This document shows positions 8,728 through 15,969 of a DNA stretch of 34,944 bases, one piece after another (positions within the stretch are counted from its first letter, which is position 1; each line of letters starts with the position of its first letter). The translations under genes and the position numbers were made by a program. The notes beneath the pieces are model-generated. The model saw nothing but the letters and a program-made list of their open reading frames with translations. It had not been told where the DNA came from and ran no database searches. The DNA comes from Acidobacteriota bacterium (GTDB lineage Bacteria; Acidobacteriota; UBA4820; DSQY01), in assembly GCA_021814085.1 (NCBI GenBank), contig JAKAJA010000001.1:1-34944 (forward strand), written 5' to 3'.

Positions 8728-9150
8728 CTATCGGATGGAAGAGCCGTCAGGAGGTAGTTCCCCTGGACGGGATGCACCGTTGAATATGTCCACGGCCGCC
8801 GTCAGCTGCTCGGCATAGAGACGAAGCGCCTTTATGCCGGCGGCCAGTTCGTTGACCTGCTGTTGTGTCAGGCAGTACCGCCCCTCCCCGTCCTGCGCTG
8901 GCAGGACCACATGAGGCGCCTGCGGCTTCGCGGGCACGGGGATGTGCGGGCAGACGGTGACGACGGCGGGCACCGGAGAATGCTGCACCGCACATCCGTT
9001 CATGGAGAGTGCAATGAGCGCTAGGCCTAGGCCAAATGCGCTCGCCGCGGCCACGCGGAGCATGAAGAGCAGCAACGCGCGCCCGTGCTGGCCAGGATGC
9101 AGGGGGCCGCGGGTGGCGGCCTTAGTCGTGAAAGAGGTCTGTGCCTTCAT
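8728..9150 (-). CDS. Lipoprotein-like envelope protein, o-spanin candidate (atypically long, with a C-terminal helical region)
   Basis: Hydrophobic leader ending LSMNG-C, then a proline-rich stretch (PVPAVVTVCPHIPVPAKPQAP). Overlaps the preceding TM/coiled-coil gene by 29 nt, as many spanin pairs do. Confidence 0.55.
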   Translation of the reverse strand: MKAQTSFTTKAATRGPLHPGQHGRALLLFMLRVAAASAFGLGLALIALSMNGCAVQHSPVPAVVTVCPHIPVPAKPQAPHVVLPAQDGEGRYCLTQQQVNELAAGIKALRLYAEQLTAAVDIFNGASRPGELPPDGSSIR

Positions 9151-9388
9151 GGGGTGTCTCCATCGGAGGTCGGTTGGCCTGAACCTCGGTCTGGGCCTCC
9201 TGCATCCTGGTTTCCAGGTCCATGGCCTGCTTCTGCGCCAGGACCGCCTTTTCCGCCGCTTCCGCCCGCACTTCCTGCCGGCCGAGATCCCGCGCCATCT
9301 GCTCAGCGCGCTCTTCTTTGCTCTTGCTCTTGCCGACGCCGAAGAGCCCGAGGAGCAGCTTGCCGATCACCGCCAGGAATTCAAACAT
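9122..9388 (-). CDS. N-terminal TM plus coiled-coil protein, i-spanin candidate, 88 aa
   Basis: MFEFLAVIGKLLLGLFGV membrane anchor followed by a charged heptad-like region. Sits in the lysis cluster. Confidence 0.6.
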   Translation of the reverse strand: MFEFLAVIGKLLLGLFGVGKSKSKEERAEQMARDLGRQEVRAEAAEKAVLAQKQAMDLETRMQEAQTEVQANRPPMETPHEGTDLFHD

Positions 9389-9389
9389 C

Positions 9390-10250
9390 TCAGAACCTCA
9401 GCCCGACCATGAGCTTGGTTTCGGGGAACGTCTTGTTCACGCCCTGGTACTGGGCATAGCGCACGTCCGCGATGACGGAGGCATACCAGTTGGACGCGAA
9501 CCAGTAGCGGGTTTCGATGCCGAGGAAGTAGGTCGCGGTCAGGGGCGCCCCGGCGATATTCGTGAGGCCGATGCCACCGATGGTGTTGACCGTGATGCTC
9601 TTGGCGTGTTCGTTCAGGTACGTGACCCAGCTTGAAGGAACTTCCGGCAGCGTGCCCGTGGCGAACGTCTTGAGCGTGTAGAGACAAGCAAAATCGAAGC
9701 CCCACAGACTGTGGCTGGACTTGGGGAGCTGGGGCACGAGGGGCTCCAGGAAGAGCGTGTCGTGGTAGGCGGAGACGCCCAGGGCCGCGTGGTCCGAGAT
9801 CCAGTAGTAGATATCGGCCTGGCCCATCACGTCGGAAGTGCTGAGGTTGAAGCCGTTGGTATCCGTGGCCGTCCAGAACATCTTGCCGCCGCCGATGCGG
9901 AACTCCCACTTGCCTTTCTCTCCGACCGTGGCGGGCGGGGCGGAAGACGGCGCCACCACGGGGGGCGCCGTAGGAGGCGCCTGGGCAAAGATGAACCCGG
10001 ACGCCAGCATGGCGATCACGAGGACCACCAGCACGTCCAGCCGCACGAAGCCCTTGTCATCGCCGGACTGGCCGGGCGCGGTGGTCGTGATGGTCCGCAG
10101 GAACGCGAACAGCCCGCCGATGAGGGCCACGATGATCCCCATGATGCGCGGGGGAATCGCGGCGATGACAGCCGGATCAGCGAAGGCCGCCGCCAGGGCG
10201 GGGATGATGACGAGTGTCGCTGCGATGAACGTCTTCCAACCTTTGAACAT
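9390..10250 (-). CDS. Holin-like N-terminus (2 TMs) fused in frame to a signal-peptide-like segment and an outer-membrane beta-barrel-like domain, 286 aa
   Basis: TM1 (TFIAATLVIIPALAAAF) and TM2 (IMGIIVALIGGLFAFL), then RLDVLVVLVIAMLASGFIFAQA-PP with an AxA-like cleavage site. About 200 further residues are aromatic/Gly-rich with alternating pattern, ending KLMVGLRF (C-terminal Phe beta-signal). AAGGAGG RBS. Confidence 0.7.
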   Translation of the reverse strand: MFKGWKTFIAATLVIIPALAAAFADPAVIAAIPPRIMGIIVALIGGLFAFLRTITTTAPGQSGDDKGFVRLDVLVVLVIAMLASGFIFAQAPPTAPPVVAPSSAPPATVGEKGKWEFRIGGGKMFWTATDTNGFNLSTSDVMGQADIYYWISDHAALGVSAYHDTLFLEPLVPQLPKSSHSLWGFDFACLYTLKTFATGTLPEVPSSWVTYLNEHAKSITVNTIGGIGLTNIAGAPLTATYFLGIETRYWFASNWYASVIADVRYAQYQGVNKTFPETKLMVGLRF

Positions 10251-10261
10251 GGCTCGCCTCC

Positions 10262-10855
10262 TTATGGGGCCTCACCGATGCACAGGAACCGGGCATAGGT
10301 CACAACCCGGTCCACGTAATTAACGGTTTCCTGGGTGTTTGAGGCGCCGGTGATCGGGCCGAGGTAGGGCGCCACGCCAGCCCACTCCGAACATTTGCCG
10401 CCCGCCTTGTTGCACGCCAACCGCGCCCTGTTGATGTTCCCCTGTCCGGCGTTGTAACTCGCAAGGGCGAACCTCCAGCGCTCGTCCCAGGGGATGTCCA
10501 TGAAGAGGCGGCAATGCCCGAGGGCCTTGACCCCGCCGGTTGCGCGGGGCACGTTCACGGCGATGCCCATGAGGTAGGCCATCAGGGCCGTGCCATCCAT
10601 GACGTTGCCTTCGGGCTCGTAGGCGTCCACATCGTCGTCAATCCACTTGTCCGTCTCGGGCATGAGCTGCATCAGGCCCTTGGCGCCGCAGCGGGACCTC
10701 GCGTCGGGGTCGAGCCCGGACTCCTGGACGGCCTGCGCCTTGAGCCGCCGCCAGTCGAAGGAGAGCGAGCCAAAGAAGTCCGCGCGGGCCTGGACGAAGA
10801 GCTTGTCGAAGCGGCTGAAGTTCGGAAGCTGCATGATCTGTTCACGTGTGAGCAC
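10262..10855 (-). CDS. Endolysin, SLT-family lytic transglycosylase, 197 aa
   Basis: AVQESGLDP...AKGLMQLMPET...ALASYNAGQGN: catalytic Glu-Ser, GLMQ and AYNAG-type motifs of the SLT domain. Confidence 0.85.
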   Translation of the reverse strand: MLTREQIMQLPNFSRFDKLFVQARADFFGSLSFDWRRLKAQAVQESGLDPDARSRCGAKGLMQLMPETDKWIDDDVDAYEPEGNVMDGTALMAYLMGIAVNVPRATGGVKALGHCRLFMDIPWDERWRFALASYNAGQGNINRARLACNKAGGKCSEWAGVAPYLGPITGASNTQETVNYVDRVVTYARFLCIGEAP

Positions 10856-11175
10856 TAGCGCCTCCCCTGTTGGATCGTGAGCAGGGTTCGGATGTCGGCG
10901 TGGATGCTCTCCAGCTGCACCTGGATGTTATCGATGCGCTTGTCCTGGGCGGCATCGGCGGCCATATGGTCATCGCGGTCCACCTTGCGCACGCGAAGGT
11001 CGAAAACCTCGGCCTTCACCTCCTGGATGGTTTTCCCTTGGGCCTCGATCATCCGCTGCAATTCAGCCTGGCTGATCTTCGACCCGCCCCAGCCGCCGCC
11101 GGCCCCGGAGATCCCGCACATCATGATGAGTAATGTCTTGTAGAAGCTGTCCCGGCGGCGCTCCGGTGCTGTCAT
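10855..11175 (-). CDS. Membrane-anchored coiled-coil protein, 106 aa (holin-associated or second spanin-like)
   Basis: FYKTLLIMMCGISGAGGGWGG hydrophobic segment followed by a charged helical region. AAGGGGGAG RBS. Sits immediately upstream of the endolysin. Confidence 0.6.
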   Translation of the reverse strand: MTAPERRRDSFYKTLLIMMCGISGAGGGWGGSKISQAELQRMIEAQGKTIQEVKAEVFDLRVRKVDRDDHMAADAAQDKRIDNIQVQLESIHADIRTLLTIQQGRR

Positions 11176-11185
11176 GGACTCCCCC

Positions 11186-11869
11186 TTATTCCACGACCAC
11201 GCGCCAGGAGGCCCCGTGGGGGCTCACCTGCTTGTGGGTGGTATCGTTCAGATAAATGACCTGGATGGCGTAGTAATAGGTACCAGTTGTCTGCGTGTCC
11301 GTTGCGCTGCTAGCGCCGGATGCGTTGTCGCTGACAGTCGTCCAGGAGGCGAGCCCGTCGCTGGACCGCACCAGGCGATAACCCACGATTTCCGCTTGTG
11401 AGGGCAGCGGGGCCCACGAAACCTGGATGGCGCCAGCATTGTTGACGGCTACCGCGGGCGGCACCTCTCGCATGGTCGTCATGGAGATGGCCGGAGCCGG
11501 ATTGGTTGCGGCGAAGGACGCTGCGGCAACATAGGCCCGCTGGGTCACCAGGTTTGCTTCGGCGGTGTATTCCGCGACGACCACCAGCGTGGAACCATCT
11601 GGGGTAGAGAGGCCAAAGTCGCAAGGCGAATCAGCCACGCCGTATTGGGTGCCGTCCCAGTACAGCCGCCCGTGGTTAAACCCGCCGGTATAGGCAACCG
11701 TGCTGGCCGCCGCTTGCCACCCGCGCACCGAAGCAAACTGCCAGAGATTGCTGGGGAGTTCAGGCCCGCTTACGGTGAAGTGAAATCGGCCTGCCCCATT
11801 CTGGCAGTCTGCCCCCTTGAGAGGCAGGACGAGCGCCAACATGGCGAGCAGAAGTGCCGCGCGTCTCAC
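11186..11869 (-). CDS. Secreted protein with C-terminal FN3/Ig-like module, 227 aa
   Basis: Signal peptide MRRAALLLAMLALVLPLKGA. C-terminal IQVSWAPLP...VGYRLVRSSDG..W...GTYYYAIQVIY pattern. GTG start overlaps the upstream stop (GTGA). Confidence 0.7.
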   Translation of the reverse strand: MRRAALLLAMLALVLPLKGADCQNGAGRFHFTVSGPELPSNLWQFASVRGWQAAASTVAYTGGFNHGRLYWDGTQYGVADSPCDFGLSTPDGSTLVVVAEYTAEANLVTQRAYVAAASFAATNPAPAISMTTMREVPPAVAVNNAGAIQVSWAPLPSQAEIVGYRLVRSSDGLASWTTVSDNASGASSATDTQTTGTYYYAIQVIYLNDTTHKQVSPHGASWRVVVE

Positions 11870-12489
11870 GTCCTGTCTCCCAAATCGAAGGTAACTTCAG
11901 CGGCGTCGCTGAGAATGAAGTGATCCTTCGGGCCGCCCACCAACACCCCCCTCAGTAGGAACGTATGGGGCATCGCAGGCCCTGCCGTGGGGATAGACCC
12001 GGGCTGGCTCAGGATCACCTGCCCGTCACGGAGCATCTCGAACCGGACGATTGCGGATGGGTCCACGGCGGGGGCATCGATTGTAAGCGTGCTCAGCGTC
12101 TGGCCCTGGGCAAGGACGGGCTTGGGGAAGGGCACGGGCTGCAACTTCCCGATGGCACCGTCCGAAAGCTGAAACCTGAAGGCCACAACCTGGCCGGCGC
12201 CCTGGCCGTAGACGACCCAATCTCCAACCTGATACTGCGCGGGGATGGCCGCCTTGAACTGCCAGACATATACGTCTAGGTCTGCGAGATAGGAGACCTT
12301 CAGGGGCACCTCGAAATCGGAGGCGCCTACCGGGTAGGCCGTGAGTGCCGCCGAGCGGAATGCGAAGGAGGCGCTTGGCATCTGCCACGCCATCTTGACG
12401 ACCGGGGCCGCGGGCGCCTGGCCAAAGAGCGCGAGAACGGCCACCAGGCCGCAGGCCAGGCATAGAACGGGGATGAAGAGCTTGCGCAT
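11866..12489 (-). CDS. Secreted protein, 207 aa from MRKLFIPVLCLACGLVAVLALFGQA
   Basis: GGAGG RBS 5 nt before the ATG at 12489. Clear N-terminal signal peptide and a beta-rich mature part. The longer ORF-track start at 12579 overlaps the upstream gene and lacks an RBS. Confidence 0.7.
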   Translation of the reverse strand: MRKLFIPVLCLACGLVAVLALFGQAPAAPVVKMAWQMPSASFAFRSAALTAYPVGASDFEVPLKVSYLADLDVYVWQFKAAIPAQYQVGDWVVYGQGAGQVVAFRFQLSDGAIGKLQPVPFPKPVLAQGQTLSTLTIDAPAVDPSAIVRFEMLRDGQVILSQPGSIPTAGPAMPHTFLLRGVLVGGPKDHFILSDAAEVTFDLGDRT

Positions 12490-12491
12490 GA

Positions 12492-13472
12492 CTACCTCCG
12501 CAGGGGCGCCGATGAGGCGCTGAAATCGCTCGTGGTGCCGTCCGCGAACAAGAGGCGGATGGCATAGAAGCAATACCAATCGGGCGTGATGGCGGTGATG
12601 TTGTCGGTGCCCTGAAGCGCCGTCGCCGAATAGGTGCCCACCAGTGTGCCGAGGTCGCTGCCCACGCCCTGGTTGGAGCGGTACAGCTGGATGGCGGTCA
12701 CGTTTCCCGCCACATCCTCTGGGGGCGCCGTCCAGCCCACCGTCACCACCTGGTTGACTCTGCCAAGCACCGTTGGGGCGGGGATGGACCGGGCGGTTAA
12801 GGATGTGAGCGTTTGGTCCGCGCTCCCCACCGTGGCCACCAGCCCCGCATAGAAGCCCTCATGGTCCACCGTGGACGGGTAAAGCTCGCCAGGGTTGCCC
12901 TGGGTGACGAGAGACGTGCCGGCGGGGGGCCTATTGGTAGGGAAGTTATACAGGTCGAAGAGGAATTGGGTGGACGAGCTGCGCGCCGCAACCATGCGCC
13001 AGGTATCATCGCGGCCGAGGATCCTCGCCATCGGGGAGAGCGTGAACTGCTCGCCGTTATCGACCGTCATGAGGCAGATCTGCGATTGGTCTCTGGGGAC
13101 GGCGAGGTGCTCGTTTCGCCAGGCTCGCGGCTCGAGCGGATGGGGCGGCGTGCGCCATACGGCATAGACCCGATAGAACTCGTTCACGGGCACGCCGAGA
13201 ACGGTGCGCGTAATGGCGCCCACATCGGTCCATGTGAGGTTGTTGGTGATGGCCACGATCTTCTCCGCCCTGAATTCCGGCTGCAGCACGCCGCGCGTGA
13301 CGATGTAGCCATAGGTGGTGGACGGGGCGGTTGTCCAGTTGAGCACGACGTCGTTGGCCGCCCGGGTAAGCATGAGCGTGGTGACTGGACGCGCCGGGGC
13401 CGTCAGGGGCGGAAGCCCCGCCCACGTGGCGACGGCGCACAGCGCCAGAAGGAAAACCACGGCGCGGCGCAT
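12492..13472 (-). CDS. Secreted protein with two FN3/Ig-like modules, 326 aa
   Basis: Signal peptide MRRAVVFLLALCAVATWAG. VVLNWTTAP...YGYIVTRG...FYRVYAV near the N-terminus and VTVGWTAPP...IQLYRS...WYCFYAIRL near the C-terminus. Confidence 0.7.
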   Translation of the reverse strand: MRRAVVFLLALCAVATWAGLPPLTAPARPVTTLMLTRAANDVVLNWTTAPSTTYGYIVTRGVLQPEFRAEKIVAITNNLTWTDVGAITRTVLGVPVNEFYRVYAVWRTPPHPLEPRAWRNEHLAVPRDQSQICLMTVDNGEQFTLSPMARILGRDDTWRMVAARSSSTQFLFDLYNFPTNRPPAGTSLVTQGNPGELYPSTVDHEGFYAGLVATVGSADQTLTSLTARSIPAPTVLGRVNQVVTVGWTAPPEDVAGNVTAIQLYRSNQGVGSDLGTLVGTYSATALQGTDNITAITPDWYCFYAIRLLFADGTTSDFSASSAPLRR

Positions 13473-13473
13473 A

Positions 13474-13824
13474 TCAGTAGCTCGCCAGGATGCGAGGCGC
13501 GGAGCTGGACCCGGTAGCCTTCAGGTGCATCTTGCTCCACGGGATGTTGGTGGGTACTGACTCCGCCGGCTCCACAAAGAAGTCCGTGGCGGTGTCGATG
13601 GCAGTGTCCGTGAAATTCACGTAGAGCCTGCCCGTACCGTCGTTGACGATCATGGTCTGGCTGGCATGATAGCCCCCGGGGATGCTGAGCACCGTGTCCA
13701 CGGTCGTCAGCACCGTGGGGCGGAAGGCCACGCCCGTCAGCGGCGTGGTGCGGTAGGCGGCGGCCATCATGACCACCAGGAAAAGCACGAGGAGCGCGGC
13801 GAAGACCCAGGCACGGTTTCTCAT
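13474..13824 (-). CDS. Membrane-anchored or secreted small protein, 116 aa
   Basis: N-terminal hydrophobic segment WVFAALLVLFLVVMMAAA. AAGGAGG RBS embedded in the upstream gene's end. The ATG directly abuts the upstream stop. Confidence 0.7.
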   Translation of the reverse strand: MRNRAWVFAALLVLFLVVMMAAAYRTTPLTGVAFRPTVLTTVDTVLSIPGGYHASQTMIVNDGTGRLYVNFTDTAIDTATDFFVEPAESVPTNIPWSKMHLKATGSSSAPRILASY

Positions 13825-14214
13825 TCAAGCCTCCTTGACGACGCAGTGAAAGATCTGAACCAGGTGGAAATAATCCCCCTGGGGCATTTGCTGAGGAGGG
13901 TTACAGGTGATTCGGCGCAGGGGCTCGGGAAGGCCGTCCCGAATATCCTTCAGCCGCAGGCAATCCGTCACCTGGCCCTGGACGGAGAACGCCTCCTGCC
14001 AGCTCGTTGCGGAGTAGATGTCCACGGCCACGTCCGGTGTCGTAAAGGCCGGGTGGTTGGCATCCGATCCGCCGTTGAGCCGCAGGACGACGGCGGGCAC
14101 AAGGCCCGCCACATCGGCCCGGCTCACATAAATGCGCTCCCCCACTATCGCCGTCAGGCCCTCACTGGAGAGCAGCCGGGTACGTAGGGCGGCCAGGACG
14201 CGCCCGCTATCCAC
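13825..14214 (-). CDS. Tail completion/terminator-like protein (DUF3168-like), about 129 aa from a GTG
   Basis: VLAALRTRLLSSEGLTAIVGERIYVSRA...VPAVVLRL resembles the DUF3168 N-terminal signature. The Arg/Pro-rich N-terminal extension in the ORF track overlaps the upstream gene and looks non-coding. Confidence 0.6.
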   Translation of the reverse strand: MDSGRVLAALRTRLLSSEGLTAIVGERIYVSRADVAGLVPAVVLRLNGGSDANHPAFTTPDVAVDIYSATSWQEAFSVQGQVTDCLRLKDIRDGLPEPLRRITCNPPQQMPQGDYFHLVQIFHCVVKEA

Positions 14215-14680
14215 GGATCGCCTCCTTGATGGCGGCGCGGGCCGCGGCCTTGAGCGTATCGCGCCATTTCGGCGCGATGAGGTCATAGGCGGGCTTCATG
14301 AAAGGCTGGGGCCTGGTGCCCTTCATGTAGATCTTCCAGCGCACGGCCGCCTCGGCCTTGTCCAGCGCTTCCCCACTAAGGCCGAGCTTGCGCTGGAGAT
14401 ACTGGCGCAGCGCCCCGGGGGGCGGCATGTACTGCGCATGGCCAACCTCCGGGCCGGTGCCGTTCTCGATGTAGGGGCCATGCGGGGAGGTGCAGGTAAG
14501 GCGGGCGTGAAAGACCATGCCCTCCTGGATGCCCTGTCCATGGATCTGCGATTTGAGGCCGGGCGACGAGGCACCGTCAGGCGCCAGTTTCACGGCCTCC
14601 ACCTCCATGGCGAGGGCCGTCTTGTCGGCGGCGGCAAGAAAATGTGCTTCCATGGAGGCCTGAAGATTCGCCAGGCTCAT
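14207..14680 (-). CDS. HK97 gp10-family tail/neck component, 157 aa
   Basis: Central IENGTG... and ...GTRPQPFMKPA motif typical of the HK97 gp10 family. ATGA overlap with the upstream gene. Confidence 0.65.
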   Translation of the reverse strand: MSLANLQASMEAHFLAAADKTALAMEVEAVKLAPDGASSPGLKSQIHGQGIQEGMVFHARLTCTSPHGPYIENGTGPEVGHAQYMPPPGALRQYLQRKLGLSGEALDKAEAAVRWKIYMKGTRPQPFMKPAYDLIAPKWRDTLKAAARAAIKEAIRG

Positions 14681-15003
14681 GTAGCCTCCGCCCGGAGCAG
14701 CAGCCGCGTGAGCCCGTCGCCCATGAGGCTCGCTCGCCTGGATCGCGTCACGTTGCGGTAGACTTTCCCGCCGGCGGTGAGCGTCGCCGGGGGCACCAGG
14801 TCTTCGCAGGGGTCCGCCGTGAGGAAGACCGCCTCTACGTCCGTGCCGAGGCCCAGATCGCGCCAGCGGGAGATGGCTCGCACCGTGAGCAGGCCGGCGA
14901 TGGTGCGCGCGGCTTCCGTGTAGACGGGTTCACCGAGCGTGTTGGAGCTGCTCTGTGTGCGGGTGGCGATGATCGCCCGGTCGGTCATGTAATCCGCTTC
15001 CAT
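14677..15003 (-). CDS. Head-tail adaptor/head-closure protein, 108 aa from MEADYMTDR
   Basis: Position after the gp6-like connector, size, and an AGGTGA RBS. The upstream part of the ORF-track ORF overlaps the preceding gene. Confidence 0.55.
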   Translation of the reverse strand: MEADYMTDRAIIATRTQSSSNTLGEPVYTEAARTIAGLLTVRAISRWRDLGLGTDVEAVFLTADPCEDLVPPATLTAGGKVYRNVTRSRRASLMGDGLTRLLLRAEAT

Positions 15004-15011
15004 GCCGATGT

Positions 15012-15575
15012 TCACCTGGCGCCCCGCCTGTACCGGAGGGTATCCAGCATGAGGGCCACGTCGCGGTCCATCTCGATCGGATCCAGGCTGATCGCATAGC
15101 CTTCGATGCTCTCGGACCGCACGCCCTCGGCGATACGCTCCCGCACTTTGTTGTGCCGAACTTTCCGGGAAGCCAGGCGGAGACAGGCCTCTTTCGCTTT
15201 CGAGGGCGGATCGGCATAGCCCCAGTCCACGGTGAGAGTGAAGATTTTCCCGAACCCCCACGCCACGGGCCTGACGACCACGCCATGTGAACGGACGCAG
15301 AGGGCGGCCACCTGGTCCGTGGTCCAGGCAACGCCGTCCTCAATCACCGCCGTGACGGCCCGGAGCGGATACGAGGGCAGCAGCAGGTCAACCCTGCCGC
15401 TGCCCAGCACCGTGACCGCCTCTTGGGGGTGATCGGAAAAGTCGCGCCTGCAGAAGGTGTTGATGTCCTCAGTGGCCTCATCGAGCTTGATCTGAGCCAC
15501 TTCCGAGGCAGGCAGGGTGGTGGCCCCGTCCGCTGCGAGTCTGGCAAGAAGATGTTCGACCGTCTCATATGACAT
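15012..15575 (-). CDS. gp6-like head-tail connector protein, 187 aa
   Basis: N-terminal MSYETVEHLLARL... pattern, and position as the first gene of the head-completion block downstream of the capsid gene and the 66-aa ORF. Confidence 0.6.
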   Translation of the reverse strand: MSYETVEHLLARLAADGATTLPASEVAQIKLDEATEDINTFCRRDFSDHPQEAVTVLGSGRVDLLLPSYPLRAVTAVIEDGVAWTTDQVAALCVRSHGVVVRPVAWGFGKIFTLTVDWGYADPPSKAKEACLRLASRKVRHNKVRERIAEGVRSESIEGYAISLDPIEMDRDVALMLDTLRYRRGAR

Positions 15576-15604
15576 CTCGACCCCCTGCCGGACCCGCCTT
15601 TAAC

Positions 15605-15626
15605 CCCCTTCAAATCCCCTTCAAAT
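15605..15626. repeat. Perfect tandem duplication of the 11-mer CCCCTTCAAAT (minus strand ATTTGAAGGGG x2)
   Basis: Read directly. Lies in the 130-nt intergenic gap upstream of the connector gene. Shares the ATTTGAA core with the terminal repeats. Confidence 0.8.
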
Positions 15627-15660
15627 TCTTCCAAACGGGGTTGCCGGGGGTGTACTGGCC

Positions 15661-15680
15661 AAAAGCGCCACGCGTGGCTC
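15661..15680 (-). terminator. Weak hairpin plus T-run after the 66-aa gene
   Basis: Palindrome GCCACGCGTGGC (15667-15678), followed on the minus strand by GCTTTT. Confidence 0.35.
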
Positions 15681-15706
15681 TATGGCCTTCCTGGCGCGCC
15701 GGGGGC

Positions 15707-15907
15707 TCAACTGGCCCCCTGGCCCTCTTCGCCGTCCACTTCGGTGGGTTGCCCAACCACCACCCAGCGGCCATCCGCGCATGCCGCCTTGGCCGTCGCG
15801 GAGTCCACCTCCAGGGTATCGCCCTGGTTCATCTTCTTTTTGCCCGTCAGTTCGGACACTTCCCCGAGCGCTTTGAGCTTGATCGTAACCATCGTTTTCT
15901 TGGCCAT
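15707..15907 (-). CDS. Small protein, 66 aa from MAKKTMVTIKL, possible head accessory/decoration
   Basis: AAGGAG RBS. Lies between the capsid and connector genes. Confidence 0.6.
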   Translation of the reverse strand: MAKKTMVTIKLKALGEVSELTGKKKMNQGDTLEVDSATAKAACADGRWVVVGQPTEVDGEEGQGAS

Positions 15908-15927
15908 GGGACACTCCTTGAGAGGGC

Positions 15928-15949
15928 GGGGGGCCATGCCGGGCCCCCC
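15928..15949 (-). other. GC hairpin immediately downstream of the capsid gene
   Basis: GGGGGGCC-atgccg-GGCCCCCC, an 8-bp stem with no U-run. Likely an mRNA stabiliser or attenuator. Confidence 0.5.
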
Positions 15950-15969
15950 GCTTGTGGAGGAGATGACGG

